IMG/VR virus record: IMGVR_UViG_3300045988_040880 | Length of the DNA: 50,103 nt | From: a virus | Direction: 5' to 3' (one strand) | Shown: positions 48,796 to 50,103 of the stretch, one piece after another | Layout: each line of letters opens with the position of its first letter | How positions within the stretch are numbered: the first letter of the stretch is position 1 | The notes under the pieces: generated by a model | What the model was told of the DNA's origin: nothing | What the model saw: only the letters and a program-made list of their open reading frames with translations | The model's database searches: none | Made by a program: the position numbers and the translations under genes

Positions 48796-49479
48796 ATGGG
48801 TAGACCGTGTCCTATATTAGGCACAGCTGTCTATCTGGATTGTTTAGACTGTGATGATAAGCAATGCAAGAAGCAATATAAGTACAAACGAGTCGTGATA
48901 GGCATAGACCAATCATATAACAATACCGGTATTAGTATTGCTGCAGATGGAAAGCTGGTAAAAGTACGAAGCCTACAGTTAGATACATACAAAACCAATA
49001 GTGATAAGAGGAGGGCATTGAGTAATACGCTTAGTGGTCTCCTTAGGGCAGTTTGTCCTAAAGCTAAATCTGTGGTGTGTATCATTGAGCGTATCAGACT
49101 TCGTTCTCAAGGCTTCCTTAACATTGACTACATAAAGTCCATTGGTGCACTAAATAGCATCATTGTCGATATGTGTCATGAATATTGTGTCCCAGTCTAT
49201 TCAGTTGATACCAGATGCTGGAAAGCTCAGGTAATAGGGACCAGCAAACCTATGGCAAACAAGTATGGAGTTCCAGAAGAGAAATGGCCTACAGTCAGAT
49301 GGTTGATTAAGCAAGGATGGGAAGATAGCATTCTCATACTAATAGAGGGAAGAAAGACTAAGGGTACATTCGTCAGAGATGGGCAGAAGTATATGTACAA
49401 CAACGATGCAGCAGATTCAGCAGGGATAGCTATGTTTGGATTCATAGGTGACCAGGATAAGCTGCAAGAGGAAAGGTAG
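48796..49479 (+). CDS. RuvC-like Holliday junction resolvase with N-terminal Cys motif
   Basis: 'VVIGIDQSYNNTGISI', 'IIERIRL' and 'NNDAADSAGIAMFG' carboxylates. AAGGAGG RBS. Confidence 0.65.
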   Translation: MGRPCPILGTAVYLDCLDCDDKQCKKQYKYKRVVIGIDQSYNNTGISIAADGKLVKVRSLQLDTYKTNSDKRRALSNTLSGLLRAVCPKAKSVVCIIERIRLRSQGFLNIDYIKSIGALNSIIVDMCHEYCVPVYSVDTRCWKAQVIGTSKPMANKYGVPEEKWPTVRWLIKQGWEDSILILIEGRKTKGTFVRDGQKYMYNNDAADSAGIAMFGFIGDQDKLQEER

Positions 49480-49487
49480 GAAAGTCT

Positions 49488-49697
49488 ATGGCAATAACCT
49501 GTTGCAAGAACTGTGTTCCCCCCCAAAGGCATCCAGGTTGTCATGGCACTTGTGAGCAGTACTTGAAAGAGAAAGCAGAGTATGAGAAGCAGAAAGAATA
49601 TGCCAAAGCTCATAAGACTGTTATGCTTACAAACTATGACTTTGATGAGATTGCCTATGCCAGTTCTAAGCGCCATAAGAGACGTAGCCGAGATTAA
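49488..49697 (+). CDS. Small Cys-rich protein
   Basis: 'CCKNCVPPQRHPGCHGTC'. Confidence 0.5.
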   Translation: MAITCCKNCVPPQRHPGCHGTCEQYLKEKAEYEKQKEYAKAHKTVMLTNYDFDEIAYASSKRHKRRSRD

Positions 49698-49784
49698 AGC
49701 CTAACGTTATCCCTATTTTCTTTCTTTATATATTTCTTTCTTTTATACCTCTAAAAATATTTTTAAGAAATTTCGCAAAACCTA

Positions 49785-49813
49785 TGTACAAATGAATTTA
49801 TTTGTGGTATAAT
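49785..49813 (+). promoter_or_regulatory. Promoter P8: TGTACA-N17-TATAAT
   Basis: TGTACA at 49785-49790 and TGGTATAAT ending at 49813. Confidence 0.8.
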
Positions 49814-49862
49814 AATTACAGTGGTACAGGTTACCGAATAAATCCTTAGAGGAGGAACACAC

Positions 49863-50103
49863 ATGAGAGAAACAAAAGGAATCTATACAGGTGTTGAGAA
49901 ATGGACTATATGTGAGTTTGAGAGCTTGAAAGAGTTTTACGATTACATTTGCAATCAACCGCTGAATGAAACTTTCAGATGGGGTGAGCTTAGTAGTTCA
50001 AGACGAAGCAGAGATAATTGGTATGGTACAAGCTCATTCAATGAAGCGTCCGACCTTTTCAAGAATGGTTGGCAGTTTGGAGCTGAGGAACTTACAAAAA
50101 AAC
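49863..50103 (+). CDS. 5' part of the wrap-around CDS that continues at base 1 and stops at 686
   Basis: ATG 49863 with an AGGAGGA RBS. Open to the window end and in phase with 1..686. Confidence 0.7.
   Translation, partial: MRETKGIYTGVEKWTICEFESLKEFYDYICNQPLNETFRWGELSSSRRSRDNWYGTSSFNEASDLFKNGWQFGAEELTKK

Overview
The window is a complete tailed-phage genome of about 50.0 kb. Bases 1-99 repeat exactly at 50005-50103, so the unique length is 50,004 bp, and one gene wraps across the window ends. Every credible gene lies on the + strand. AGGAGG-type ribosome binding sites, XkdX/XhlA-like genes and an amidase-SH3 endolysin suggest a Gram-positive (Firmicutes-like) host. No integrase or repressor was recognised.

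Gene order:
- 1-10.3 kb: early small genes, including an AAA+ ATPase, RNase H, a SleB-like hydrolase and a ThyX-like protein.
- 10.4-34.3 kb: packaging, head and tail genes. These are terS, terL, an oddly placed holin and endolysin, portal, MuF-like protein, scaffold, gpE-like capsid, tail, tape measure and fibres.
- 34.4-49.7 kb: replication, recombination and nucleotide metabolism. These are primase, a dimeric dUTPase/MazG-like protein, deoxyribosyltransferase, an HD hydrolase, a second ThyX-like protein, dNMP kinase, methyltransferase, Pol III alpha, a RecA-like protein, dCMP deaminase, an OGG-like glycosylase, a Cas4-like nuclease and a RuvC-like resolvase.

Main observations:
1. A complete diversity-generating retroelement lies in the tail-fibre module, in the order target gene with VR, Avd-like gene, TR, RT. 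All 15 VR/TR mismatches fall on TR adenines.
2. A full type I hammerhead ribozyme core lies in the intergenic region at 35197-35274.
3. Four copies of a roughly 100-bp composite element have three helically phased CCAGA half-sites on each side, in inverted orientation, around an AT-rich TATAAAT core.
4. Eight near-identical TGTACA-N17-TGGTATAAT promoters are present. One is bracketed by a perfect 16-bp inverted repeat.
5. The nucleotide-metabolism cluster carries two divergent ThyX-like genes.

Functional calls rest on motifs I recognised by eye. No searches were run.
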